DNA of 59,836 nt, taken from contig DASYVN010000003.1 in assembly GCA_035937095.1 (NCBI GenBank), positions 1 through 59,836 on the forward strand, in the 5' to 3' direction. Below are positions 41,777 through 50,681 of the stretch, in pieces. Source of the DNA: Candidatus Limnocylindria bacterium. GTDB lineage: Bacteria; Chloroflexota; Limnocylindria; P2-11E. Numbering within the stretch: position 1 is the first letter of the stretch; each line of letters opens with the position of its first letter. A model generated the notes under the pieces. It worked only from the letters and a program-made list of their open reading frames with translations. It did not search any database and was not told the origin of the DNA. The translations under genes and the position numbers were made by a program.

Positions 41777-42691
41777 GTGGAAGCGAGGCTCTGGCCTCTA
41801 AACGCCCTGATCGCTCTCCTTAAGGGTGACGGCGGATGGCCGCGGCCTCTGGGCGACTTGGGCTTCGCGCTTCATCGAATTGAACTCCCCGTTGTCACTT
41901 CGGCGGGCGGGATCGTGATAGATGTCGTCGCAAGCCGAGACCATCCGGCCGCGTTGCTTGCCTGTGAAGGCAAGAGCGGCAATAACGTAGAAGAACCGCA
42001 GGCAATCAAGTACAAAGCGTTGACTACAGACGACGTACGGCGGCTCACCGGGCGCGTCAGCGGGCCGACCCACGTTGTCTACGCATGCTTTGAGGCATCG
42101 CTTGCTCGGATCCGGCTGGGACTTGCGAAGGTTGGCCTCGACGCGAACATTCTCACCATCAGCGAGCGACGGGCGCAGCTGATTCCGTCAGAAACCGGGG
42201 CAGAGTTGGCGTTCGAGGAACTACTCCCTGGCACGCCACCTCCGCGGTACATCCCTGTCGATGGCGACAGTCCGGACGAGGAGTATCGCGAAGTTCTGCT
42301 GCCCGCCATTGTCGCAAGCGCGGCGCGCTCCATCGATCGACTGACGGTTCAAACGCTATGCGAGAGCACCATGCCTATGTGGACGCATGTCGGCCGCGAC
42401 CAAGCCCGTCGTGTGCACGAACGCTCAGTCGACGTGCTGACTCGTTTGGCCGCCACGGCTGAATTCCGAAATTTCTTCTCGATCGAACCAGGCGGCAGAG
42501 ACCTATCGGCCGCGGTCGTACGAATTCTCAGAACGCCGGCCGCGTTCGATCCGCGTGGGGAGACCCAGGGCTGGCAGGGAATACAGCGCCGGGCAACCAA
42601 AGTCATGCGCGGACGCGGAATCCCGGTGTCGCCGGGCCAACTATCATTCGAAGACTTGGCGCAAGCAGAAGGCGTAGGACCGGACGAATGA
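41777..42691 (+). CDS. Island gene A: hypothetical protein with RecB/Cas4-like PD-(D/E)xK nuclease motifs in the N-terminal ~110 aa
   Basis: ...HRIELPVVTSAGGIVIDVVASRDHPAALLACEGKSGNNVEEPQAIKYKAL... carries hhhD (IVIDVV), ExK (EGK) and QxxxY (QAIKY) in canonical order and spacing. Many codons end in A/T, unlike the neighbours. Start is uncertain: GTG 41777 is chosen because ATG 41714 would overlap the divergent HAD gene. Confidence 0.6.
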   Translation: MEARLWPLNALIALLKGDGGWPRPLGDLGFALHRIELPVVTSAGGIVIDVVASRDHPAALLACEGKSGNNVEEPQAIKYKALTTDDVRRLTGRVSGPTHVVYACFEASLARIRLGLAKVGLDANILTISERRAQLIPSETGAELAFEELLPGTPPPRYIPVDGDSPDEEYREVLLPAIVASAARSIDRLTVQTLCESTMPMWTHVGRDQARRVHERSVDVLTRLAATAEFRNFFSIEPGGRDLSAAVVRILRTPAAFDPRGETQGWQGIQRRATKVMRGRGIPVSPGQLSFEDLAQAEGVGPDE

Positions 42692-43776
42692 AGAACATGC
42701 GCGCCATGACCCGTGACGACGTCACCGAACAGTTCAGCCTCGCTATGTCTGGTCAGCCACGCGAGTACGCGCTTGGGCGCTCGACCGGGACAATCAAGAC
42801 CTATGCGATTGAAGCAAACGTGGGAGGCACAGTCGAGCACGCGCTGAAACGCGTCTCTGCGCTGGCGAAGGCAGTCGACCTCAAGTTTGCGCAACTCCAG
42901 GACGAGTCCCTAGCGGTGATTCATTCCGACGACGAAACACTCGTCGTAGATGTACTCGACAGCCGTTTCTGGCTGGTCCATACGACAGCGAAGGCTGATT
43001 TTGCGAAGTCCATCCTCCGTAACGCGGTCTGGGCCGATCGTGATCTCGACTGGTGCTGGCTACCTAAGGACCTAGTCGCAGCCATTGGTAAAGCTGGCGA
43101 AGTCGCTTGGTTTCGGTCTGACTTCGCAAGTGACGAGTTAACCCCTGGGCGGGGACAACGGGCTCGGCGCTTGAGAGTGCAGTTGGAGGGGGATCGCGCC
43201 TACGAACTCCTTGACGTGATCAGCGACAATCCGGATTACCGCCACGCCGCCTCACTCACCGCCGTCGCCATCAGAACGTCACAGCGCGGCTTTGGTCATC
43301 TCGAAGAGATCGCCGACTACAAGGCCCGCTTCGTCGGCCATGGCGACTCGTTTGAACTTCACGTCGGGCTTGTAAGCCAGGTGATTCGTTCGTACTCGCA
43401 GATCGTGCGCGATCTCGAGCGGACCTACGCCTTGAAGTGGTCTGCCGCCGATGGTGGCGGTGCCAATCTCGAGGGTCAGGTCATAACCCTGCGCTTCAAG
43501 AAGCAGATCGAAGACTTCGATCGCTTCTTGAGCGGCCTGTTCTCTTGCCGCGAGCCTTTCCGCCTCTGGGGCGTTCCGAAACGCATAAGTGACTCGGCAG
43601 CCATAGTCGACGCAGTCGACTTACATGTCGGATCCGTTCTCCGAATGGATGTCCTTGCTGATGGTCTGCGGGTCTACCTCAGCGACGACAACTGTGGAAA
43701 CAGCGTCACTCGGCTGCTAGCCAATTTGCAGCACCGGTATGACGCCACGATCGAAAGTCCGGTGAAGGCAAACTAG
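42688..43776 (+). CDS. Island gene B: hypothetical 362-aa protein, no recognisable domain or P-loop
   Basis: ATG 42688 overlaps the gene A stop (ATGA). The sequence looks like a normal protein (…VVDVLDSRFWLVHTTAKADF…, …AVDLHVGSVLRMDVLADGLRVYLSDDNCGNSVTRLLANLQHRYD…). This is the lowest-GC stretch of the window (about 52-58% in hand-counted 60-nt lines). Confidence 0.65.
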   Translation: MKNMRAMTRDDVTEQFSLAMSGQPREYALGRSTGTIKTYAIEANVGGTVEHALKRVSALAKAVDLKFAQLQDESLAVIHSDDETLVVDVLDSRFWLVHTTAKADFAKSILRNAVWADRDLDWCWLPKDLVAAIGKAGEVAWFRSDFASDELTPGRGQRARRLRVQLEGDRAYELLDVISDNPDYRHAASLTAVAIRTSQRGFGHLEEIADYKARFVGHGDSFELHVGLVSQVIRSYSQIVRDLERTYALKWSAADGGGANLEGQVITLRFKKQIEDFDRFLSGLFSCREPFRLWGVPKRISDSAAIVDAVDLHVGSVLRMDVLADGLRVYLSDDNCGNSVTRLLANLQHRYDATIESPVKAN

Positions 43777-44987
43777 CTTTGTAGACGCTCCGCGATCTTC
43801 GCGATGAGCCGGCGCGCGACCTCGCGCTTCGACAGGAGCGGCAGGGCCTCGGCCCCGTCCGCGCTCACGAACGTGACCTGGTTCGTGTCGCCGCCGAATC
43901 GCGAGCCGTCGGCCGTCACGTCGTTGGCGACGACGAGGTCGAGCCCCTTCTCCCGCAGCATCCGCGACGCCTCGGCGACGGCATCGCCGGTCTCGGCCTT
44001 GAAGCCGACGACGAGCGTCCGCGGATCGCGCTTGGCGATGACCGTCTGAAGCACGTCGGGGTTCCGCAGGAGCGTGAGCCCGACCTCGTCGCCCTGCTCG
44101 TGCTTCTTGAGCTTGCGGTCCGCCGGGTGTGCCGGGCGATAGTCGGCGACGGCGGCGGCCATGATCACCGCGTCCGCGCCCGGGAGGGCGGCGAGCACGG
44201 CATCGCGCAGCTCGGCGGCCGTCTCGATCGCGACCATCGTCACCGCGGCCGGGGGTCGAAGGGCCGTCGGCCCGCTCACGAGGGTGACCTCGGCGCCGGC
44301 ACGCTGCGCGGCCGCGGCGATCGCGTAGCCCATCTTCCCGCTCGACCGGTTCGTCAGGACGCGCACGGGGTCGATCGGCTCGAGCGTCGGGCCGGCGGTG
44401 ACGATGACGCGCTTGCCGGCGAGCGCCGATGAGGTCGTGAGCGCGTCCTTGATGGCGGCGCCGATGGCCTCGAGCGACGCGAGCCGGCCGTGGCCGATGA
44501 GTCCCGACGCGAGCTCGCCGCTCTCCGGCTCGACGATCGCCGCGCCGCGATCGCGGAGCGTGTCCACGTTCGCCTGCGTCGCGGGGTTCGCCCACATGTG
44601 CGTCTCCATGGCCGGCGCGATGACGAGCGGCGCGTGCGCGGCGAGCACGGTCGTGCCGATGAGGTCGTCGGCGAAGCCGTGCGCGAGCCGCGCGATCGTG
44701 TGCGCGGTGGCCGGCGCGATGACGACGACGTCGGCCTGCTGCCCCATCGCGACGTGTCCGGCCGCCCGATCGTCGAACGTGCCGAACATCTCGATCTCGA
44801 CGGGGCGGTACGTGAGCGCTTGGAACGTGAGCGGCTGCACGAATTGCGTCGCACCGGGCGTCATGACCACCTGCACGGTCGCGCCGGCCTGGGTCATCCG
44901 ACGAGCGAGCTCGACGACCTTGTAGACGGCGATCGAACCGGTCACCGCAAGGACGATGAACTTGCCCCGCAGCACTTCGGCGTTCAC
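43773..44987 (-). CDS. coaBC: Bifunctional phosphopantothenoylcysteine decarboxylase / phosphopantothenate-cysteine ligase
   Basis: It has FIVLAVTGSIAVYK (flavoprotein domain) and a CoaB domain (VTAGPTLEPIDPVRVLTNRSSGKMG). A GTGA overlap links it to coaX. Confidence 0.95.
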   Translation of the reverse strand: MNAEVLRGKFIVLAVTGSIAVYKVVELARRMTQAGATVQVVMTPGATQFVQPLTFQALTYRPVEIEMFGTFDDRAAGHVAMGQQADVVVIAPATAHTIARLAHGFADDLIGTTVLAAHAPLVIAPAMETHMWANPATQANVDTLRDRGAAIVEPESGELASGLIGHGRLASLEAIGAAIKDALTTSSALAGKRVIVTAGPTLEPIDPVRVLTNRSSGKMGYAIAAAAQRAGAEVTLVSGPTALRPPAAVTMVAIETAAELRDAVLAALPGADAVIMAAAVADYRPAHPADRKLKKHEQGDEVGLTLLRNPDVLQTVIAKRDPRTLVVGFKAETGDAVAEASRMLREKGLDLVVANDVTADGSRFGGDTNQVTFVSADGAEALPLLSKREVARRLIAKIAERLQS

Positions 44988-45760
44988 GCGGCGTTCAGCT
45001 CCCAGAGCAGTCGCAGCCCCTCGAGCGTCAGGTCGTCGTCGACGCGCTCGATCTTCGTGGTGAGGGGCGCGATGGTCGAGGCGAGCCCACCCGTCGCGAT
45101 GACCTTCGCCGTGCCGCCCGGCAGCTCGGCGACGATCCTCGCCAGGAGCCCGTCAACGAGACCGACGTAGCCGAACATGATCCCGCTGCGCAGGCAGTCG
45201 GCGGTGTTCTTGCCGATCGCGTCCTTCGGCGCGATGAAGCCGACGGCGAAGAGCCGCGATGCGCGCGAGAACAACGACTCCGCCGAGACCTCGAGACCGG
45301 GCGCGAACGCGCCTCCGAGGAAGTCACCGTCGGCGCTCACGACGTCGAAGTTGGTCGTGGTACCGAAGTCCACGATCACGAGCGGGCCGCCGTACCGGCG
45401 ATGCCCGGCCAGGGTGTTCGCGATCCGATCGGCGCCGACCTCCGACGGATTGTCGACGCGCAGCCGCACGCCGGTCTTGACGCCGGGCCCGATGACCACG
45501 GCCTTCCCTTCCATGTACCGGTCCGCGAGGCGGGTGAATGCTTGCGTGAGCGGCGGGACGACGCTGCCGAGCACGAGCGCGTCCATCGCCTCGAGCGACA
45601 GATCCTTCTGGCCGAGGAGCGCGTCGAGGGTCACGGCAAGCTCGTCCTCGGTCCGATCGTGATCGGTCGCCGTCCGCCACGTGGCGATCAGCTGCGATCC
45701 GCGATACGCGCCGATCACAACGTTCGTGTTCCCGGCGTCGATCGCGAGAAGCGTACCCAT
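44984..45760 (-). CDS. coaX: Type III pantothenate kinase
   Basis: It has MGTLLAIDAGNTNVVIG, VDFGTTTNFD and ATGGLA. Confidence 0.93.
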   Translation of the reverse strand: MGTLLAIDAGNTNVVIGAYRGSQLIATWRTATDHDRTEDELAVTLDALLGQKDLSLEAMDALVLGSVVPPLTQAFTRLADRYMEGKAVVIGPGVKTGVRLRVDNPSEVGADRIANTLAGHRRYGGPLVIVDFGTTTNFDVVSADGDFLGGAFAPGLEVSAESLFSRASRLFAVGFIAPKDAIGKNTADCLRSGIMFGYVGLVDGLLARIVAELPGGTAKVIATGGLASTIAPLTTKIERVDDDLTLEGLRLLWELNAA

Positions 45761-45855
45761 GGTGGCCTAGTCCTGTTCAATCTCGCGGCTTCGCCGCGGA
45801 GACACGCGCAGGGCTGGTTGAACTCGCTCGTCGCGGCGACGCCGCTCCTCGCTCG

Positions 45856-46377
45856 TCAATCTGAAGGCTCGGTCGCCCCGGTACGCAGGCCGTGCTTCGC
45901 CTTCTTCGCGAGGGCCTTCGCGACGTTCGCCGGGACGAGGCCGTCGACGGGCGCACCGAACGCAGCGAGCTCCTTCACCCGCGACGCGGACACGAAGAGG
46001 TACTCCGGGGCGGTCATCAGGAAGACCATCTCGAGGTCCACGGCGAGGCGACGGTTCATGTTCGCCATCTCGAACTCGAACTCGAAATCGGACAGGGCGC
46101 GGATCCCGCGGATGATGAACATCGCGCCGACCTCGCGCGCGAACTCGACCTGGAGGCTGTCGAACGTGCGGACCTCGACGTTCTTCAACTTGACGCAGGC
46201 CTCCTCCATGAGGGCGACCCGCTCGTCCGCCGTGAAGACCGTCTTTTTGGAGAGATTGCGGCCGACGCCGATGACGACACGGTCAAAGAGCCGTGCCGCA
46301 CGGCCGACGATGTCGAGATGCCCGTTCGTCGGTGGGTCGAACGAGCCGGGGTAGATGGCGACGCGTGGTGTGGTCAC
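45856..46377 (-). CDS. coaD: Phosphopantetheine adenylyltransferase
   Basis: It has VAIYPGSFDPPTNGHLDIVGRAARLFDRVVIGV. Confidence 0.95.
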   Translation of the reverse strand: MTTPRVAIYPGSFDPPTNGHLDIVGRAARLFDRVVIGVGRNLSKKTVFTADERVALMEEACVKLKNVEVRTFDSLQVEFAREVGAMFIIRGIRALSDFEFEFEMANMNRRLAVDLEMVFLMTAPEYLFVSASRVKELAAFGAPVDGLVPANVAKALAKKAKHGLRTGATEPSD

Positions 46378-46423
46378 GTGGTCGCGCCTCCTTGTTATCG
46401 GTAGTGCACGCCGCGCGATAAGC

Positions 46424-46681
46424 CTACCTCTTGGTCAGCGCGACTCCGGAGAGGAGCAGTCCGGCAGCGAGCGTGATCGCCGCGGCGATGGTGGCAATGT
46501 CGGCGGCGATGCCATGGACGGCGATGCCGGCCAAACCCGAGCCCACCAGGCCGCCGGCAATGGCGGCGCCGGCCCGGCCGCGCGCAGCGGCGAACGGGAG
46601 CACGAACACGAGCCCGAGCACGATGCCGCCGAGGGACGCGAAGAGGCCACCGATGAGCGCGCCGGCGATGGCGCCGCCCAG
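46424..46681 (-). CDS. Possible small glycine-zipper membrane protein (GlsB/YeaQ-like?)
   Basis: The C-terminal part of ORF 46424..47107 reads LGGAIAGALIGGLFASLGGIVLGLVFVLPFAAARGRAGAAIAGGLVGSGLAGIAVHGIAADIATIAAAITLAAGLLLSGV. Start is unclear (CTG 46681 or GTG 46621). Several frames are open here. Confidence 0.35.
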   Translation of the reverse strand: MGGAIAGALIGGLFASLGGIVLGLVFVLPFAAARGRAGAAIAGGLVGSGLAGIAVHGIAADIATIAAAITLAAGLLLSGVALTKR

Positions 46682-46701
46682 CCACCAGGGGAGCCGGCCG
46701 G

Positions 46702-48036
46702 TTAGATGCCCGCGCTGAAGATCTGCCACTCGTCGGGTACTCCCTTCAACTGTCGGGCGCCCCGCGGCTCGAAGTGCAACCCCGACCCTGAGACGAGATC
46801 GCGGACCGTGCTCGTGACGAGAACCTCGCCCGGAGCCGCCTGCTCGCGCACCCGCGATCCGATGATCGTGGCGATCCCCCCGATCTTGCCCGCGATGATC
46901 TGACATTCGCCGGTGTGCACGCCGGCCCGGATCGCGATGCCGAGGTCCCCGACCGCATCGCGGACCGCGATGCCACAGCGCACCGCGCGTGCTGGACCGT
47001 CGAACGACGCGTAGAAGCCGTCGCCCGCCGTGTCGATCTCCTGACCCCGGAAGCGGGCAAGGTGGGTGCGGACGACCTGATGGTGCCGCTCGACGAGCGC
47101 ACGCCACGCGCGGTCGCCGAGCTCGGCAGCCTTCGCGGTCCCATTCACGATGTCGGTGAACAACACCGTCGCGAGGAACCGATCGGCGTCCGGCGCGGAA
47201 CGAGCGCCGGTCAGGAATTCCTGGATCTCCCCGATGATCTCGGCTTCATGGGAGACGTACCAGAGGTGATCTCCGCTCGGCAGCTCGACGTACCGCGCGG
47301 CCGGAATGTGGGACGCGAGATATCGTCCCTCCTCGACGCGGACGTCCCGGTCGCCGTTCGCTTGCAGCACGAGCGTCGGCACGCGGACGAGCGGAAGGAT
47401 CGCGCGGACGTCGACGAAGGAGTTCATCCGCATGAGCGCGGCTGCGGCGCCTGGGCTCGCGCTCCGCCGAAGGTACGTCGCGAACCACTCAGCGAAGGGC
47501 ACGTCTCCCGCGGCGCTCGGCGCATAGAAGCTCATGTCGACCGGGCCGCCCCACTGGCGCTCCGTCTCGCTGACCGCTGCCATCCGATCGTCGAAGGCCG
47601 GCGCCCAGGGGTAGTCCTCGGATCGCAGCCGCTTCGCGAACGCGCCGTACGTGATCAACGCCTGGGTCCTCTCAGGGTACGTCGCCGCGAAGACGATGCA
47701 CATGCATCCACCTTCTGAATGGCCGAAGAGAGCGGCTCGCTCGCTGCCGACCGCGTCCATGACCGCGCGTAGGTCGTCCATTCGGGTCTCGATCATCGGT
47801 AGCTCCGTGACGCCGACGCGATCCGAGAGCCCGGTTCCGCGCTTGTCGAAGAGGATGAGCCGGCAGAACGACGCGAGATCCCGGAAGACCTGCGCGAGCC
47901 GCGGCTGCTCCCACATCAACTCGATGTTCGAGACGAAGCCGGGCACGTAGACCAGATCGAACGGCCCCTCGCCGACCACCTGGTAGGCGATGTTCAGCTC
48001 GCCGCTCTTCGCGTACCGCGTCTCCGGGACGTTCAG
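46702..48036 (-). CDS. Alpha/beta-hydrolase + class III adenylate/guanylate cyclase fusion (LipJ/Rv1900c-like architecture); apparent CTG start
   Basis: The hydrolase part has FDKRGTGLSDR and GHSEGG. The cyclase part has ATVLFTDIVNGT, DTAGDGFYASF and AGVHTGE. The typical family N-terminus (L)NVPETRYAKSGELNIAYQVVGEGPFDLVYVPGF begins upstream of the first canonical start (GTG 47979). It begins at CTG 48036, which overlaps the hutI TGA. Confidence 0.85.
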   Translation of the reverse strand: MNVPETRYAKSGELNIAYQVVGEGPFDLVYVPGFVSNIELMWEQPRLAQVFRDLASFCRLILFDKRGTGLSDRVGVTELPMIETRMDDLRAVMDAVGSERAALFGHSEGGCMCIVFAATYPERTQALITYGAFAKRLRSEDYPWAPAFDDRMAAVSETERQWGGPVDMSFYAPSAAGDVPFAEWFATYLRRSASPGAAAALMRMNSFVDVRAILPLVRVPTLVLQANGDRDVRVEEGRYLASHIPAARYVELPSGDHLWYVSHEAEIIGEIQEFLTGARSAPDADRFLATVLFTDIVNGTAKAAELGDRAWRALVERHHQVVRTHLARFRGQEIDTAGDGFYASFDGPARAVRCGIAVRDAVGDLGIAIRAGVHTGECQIIAGKIGGIATIIGSRVREQAAPGEVLVTSTVRDLVSGSGLHFEPRGARQLKGVPDEWQIFSAGI

Positions 48037-49295
48037 GCCACCTGCCTCCCTCCGGCGTAGACCTCGCGCACCAATGGTGCGCCGAGCCGATAGCAGAGGT
48101 CGCGCTCGTCGTCGGTCTCGAGGATCAGCAGGTCCGCGCGCCGGCCGGTGACGAGCGCGCCGGTCCGCTGGCCGCGGCCGAGCGCGTGCGCCGCGTTGAT
48201 GGTCGCCGCGACGATCGCCTCATGCGGGGTGAGATGGCAGAGTGTGACCGCGAGGGCGATCGCCGTGGGCATGCCCTCGAGCGGTGACGTACCCGGGTTG
48301 TGATCCGTCGCGATCGCGACCGGCACACGCGCGGCAAGGAATCGCCGTGCGTCGGGCGGCGCGTAGCCCACGAAGAACGCGCTGCCTGGGAGCAGCACGG
48401 CGACGGTGTGCCCGATGCGCGCCAGCACGCGCATCCCGTCCGCCGAGACGTTCGCGAGATGGTCGGCTGATCGCGCCTGCAGCCGCGCCGCGAATGCGGC
48501 GGCGTTCACGTCGTGCAGCTGGTCGGCGTGCATCGTCACGGCGAGTCCCAGGGCCTGCGCGGCCTTCATCACCGGACGCGCATCCTCGGGCTCGAACACG
48601 CCCTTCTCGATGAACCCGTCCACCGCCTCCGCGAGGTGCTCCGCGGCGACCGTGCCGACCATCGCCTCCGCGGCCTTGAGGAAGTCGCGCCGCTCCACAC
48701 CCCGCGGCAGCGCGTGCAGCGCCAGGTACGTCACGGCGACATCGATCGCGGCTTCGGTGCGGATGCGCGCGATGAGTCGGAGCTGTCGCAGCTCCTCGTC
48801 CGGATCGAGGCCGTAGCCGCTCTTGATCTCGATCGTCGTCGTGCCGAGGGACACCGCACGGGCCAGTCGCGCGCGCGTGAGCGCGAGGAGCGTCTCATCG
48901 GAGGCCTCGCGCGTCGCGCGCACCGTCGCGTGGATCCCGCCGCCGCGCTCGAGCACGGCGAGGTAGTCGGCGCCGCTGTGGCGCGTCGTGAACTCGTCCC
49001 ACCGCTCGCCGGCGTAGCAAAGATGGGTGTGCGGATCGACGAGCCCGGGCATCACCACGCGGCCGGCGACCTGACGCTCGACCGCCCCCGCGGTGAGCTC
49101 GTACTGCTGCCAACCGTCGCCGTGACCCGTCCCGAGGATGGCGCCATCGCGCGCCGCGACCCAGCCGTCATCGATCGCGCCGACGTCGCCGGCGGCCGGT
49201 CCGACCCGCGGCTGCTCCGTGCGGAACGGGGCCAGCGTCAGGAGCCGCGCACCGCGGACGAGCAGATCGGCCTGCGGGCGCTCCATATTCATCAC
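48033..49295 (-). CDS. hutI: Imidazolonepropionase
   Basis: It has PGLVDPHTHLCYAG, the amidohydrolase fold motifs and TDHNPGTSP. Confidence 0.93.
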   Translation of the reverse strand: MMNMERPQADLLVRGARLLTLAPFRTEQPRVGPAAGDVGAIDDGWVAARDGAILGTGHGDGWQQYELTAGAVERQVAGRVVMPGLVDPHTHLCYAGERWDEFTTRHSGADYLAVLERGGGIHATVRATREASDETLLALTRARLARAVSLGTTTIEIKSGYGLDPDEELRQLRLIARIRTEAAIDVAVTYLALHALPRGVERRDFLKAAEAMVGTVAAEHLAEAVDGFIEKGVFEPEDARPVMKAAQALGLAVTMHADQLHDVNAAAFAARLQARSADHLANVSADGMRVLARIGHTVAVLLPGSAFFVGYAPPDARRFLAARVPVAIATDHNPGTSPLEGMPTAIALAVTLCHLTPHEAIVAATINAAHALGRGQRTGALVTGRRADLLILETDDERDLCYRLGAPLVREVYAGGRQVA

Positions 49296-49338
49296 TGCGC
49301 CTTCGGCGCATCCGCCGCAGGCGCTCTCACGCGGGAGC

Positions 49339-50232
49339 TCATTCGAGGAAGCGAGCTTCGATGACCCGATCGCGCGCGAAGCCGTCGAGCTTGAGCGCGT
49401 CCTCTGCGGCCGCGAGCGCCGCGTCGAGCGGGATCAAGCCGATGAGCTCGCCGCGCAGGATGGCCACGCCGGCCGCCCTGGCGCGCGTCTCGACCTCGTG
49501 CCAAACGCGCGGCAGCGACGTGACCGTGTGGTCGAGCAGGTTCATCGAGACCTGCGCGCGCGGTGGATCCGAGAGCATGAAGCCCTTGGCCTGCACGGCC
49601 GGCAGGCCGCCGGATGATTCGCGGATCTCCTTCGCGATGCGCTGCGCGAGCTTCAGGTCCATGGTGTCGAGCTCGATGTTGAACGCGATGAGCGGAGGCC
49701 GCGCGCCGATGACGATCGCGCCTGCCGATGGGTGCAGCGCGCGCGGGCCCACGTCGGGCACGTGCGTCGTCTCGAGAAGCTCGGCGAGGCCTTCGTACTC
49801 GGGCTTCCGGATGTCGGGAAGCCGAACGCGCTCGGGCCGGGTCGCGGCCATCGCGTAATAGAAGACCGGGACGCCGTGCTTCGCCGCGACGGTCTCGCCG
49901 ACGCGCCGCGCGATCGCGACGCAGTCGGCCATCGTCACCCCGGCGAGCGGCACGAACGGCATCACGTCGACGGCGCCGAGTCGCGGGTGCTCGCCCGTGT
50001 GACCGCGCATGTCGAGGATCCGGTACGTCGCGTCGATGAGCGCGAGGGCCGCGCTCTCGACCGCGTCGGGATCGCCGGCGAAGGTGAAGACCGAGCGGTT
50101 GTGATCGGGATCGCTGGTGCGGTCGAGGAGCCGGACCCCAGGTGTCGCGGTGATCACGTTGGCCAGGCCGTCGATCACGTCGAGGCGCCGGCCCTCGCTG
50201 ATGTTGGGAACGCATTCGACGATGCCTGCCAT
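49339..50232 (-). CDS. ftcD: Glutamate formimidoyltransferase (FtcD N-domain type)
   Basis: It has MAGIVECVPNISEGRRLDVIDGL...DPDHNRSVFTFAG. Confidence 0.9.
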   Translation of the reverse strand: MAGIVECVPNISEGRRLDVIDGLANVITATPGVRLLDRTSDPDHNRSVFTFAGDPDAVESAALALIDATYRILDMRGHTGEHPRLGAVDVMPFVPLAGVTMADCVAIARRVGETVAAKHGVPVFYYAMAATRPERVRLPDIRKPEYEGLAELLETTHVPDVGPRALHPSAGAIVIGARPPLIAFNIELDTMDLKLAQRIAKEIRESSGGLPAVQAKGFMLSDPPRAQVSMNLLDHTVTSLPRVWHEVETRARAAGVAILRGELIGLIPLDAALAAAEDALKLDGFARDRVIEARFLE

Positions 50233-50258
50233 ATCCGCGAGAGCGTACCGGGCGTGGG

Positions 50259-50678
50259 TCAGTCGGCCGGGGGCGTTCCGGCCTCACGGAGGCGGAGGGT
50301 TAGGGCCTTCATGATGCTGTGCGCGATGTCGGTGTCCTGGTGAATGACGTTCTGGAACTCACGGGGCCCGAGCACCAGGCAGCGGCTCGGTGCGGACGTC
50401 GTCACGGTCGCGGTGCGCGGGCCGCCATCGACGACCGCGATCTCGCCGAAGAAGTCACCGGGCATCATCTTGGCGATCTTGCGGCCCTTGCGGGTGACAT
50501 CGGCGGCGCCGGAGAGCAGCACGAAGAAGTCGCCGCCGCTCTGGCCTTCCGTGCAGAGCACGCGGCCCTCAGCGAAATCCATGTCCTCGACCTGGGTGAC
50601 GATGAAGCTGATCTGCTTGTTCGTGCAGTGCGCGAAGAGCGGGACGGCCTTCAGCCTCGCGGCGCGAGCGTCGGCCAC
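50259..50678 (-). CDS. Stand-alone cyclic-nucleotide-binding (CNB) domain protein
   Basis: It has LFAHCTNKQISFIV...GDFFGEIAVVDGGPRTATVT. Confidence 0.85.
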   Translation of the reverse strand: MADARAARLKAVPLFAHCTNKQISFIVTQVEDMDFAEGRVLCTEGQSGGDFFVLLSGAADVTRKGRKIAKMMPGDFFGEIAVVDGGPRTATVTTSAPSRCLVLGPREFQNVIHQDTDIAHSIMKALTLRLREAGTPPAD

Positions 50679-50681
50679 GCG

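Noticed and set aside
43717-44595. 292-aa minus-strand ORF, and ORFs 44490..45170+ and 45401..46354+
   Set aside because: They are out of frame with or antisense to coaBC, coaX and coaD. The products are Arg/Gly-rich.
45761-45855. Terminator or attenuator hairpin between coaX and coaD (TCTCGCGGC..GCCGCGGAGA)
   Set aside because: The stem is imperfect (bulged) and no T-tract follows on the transcribed minus strand. The evidence is insufficient.
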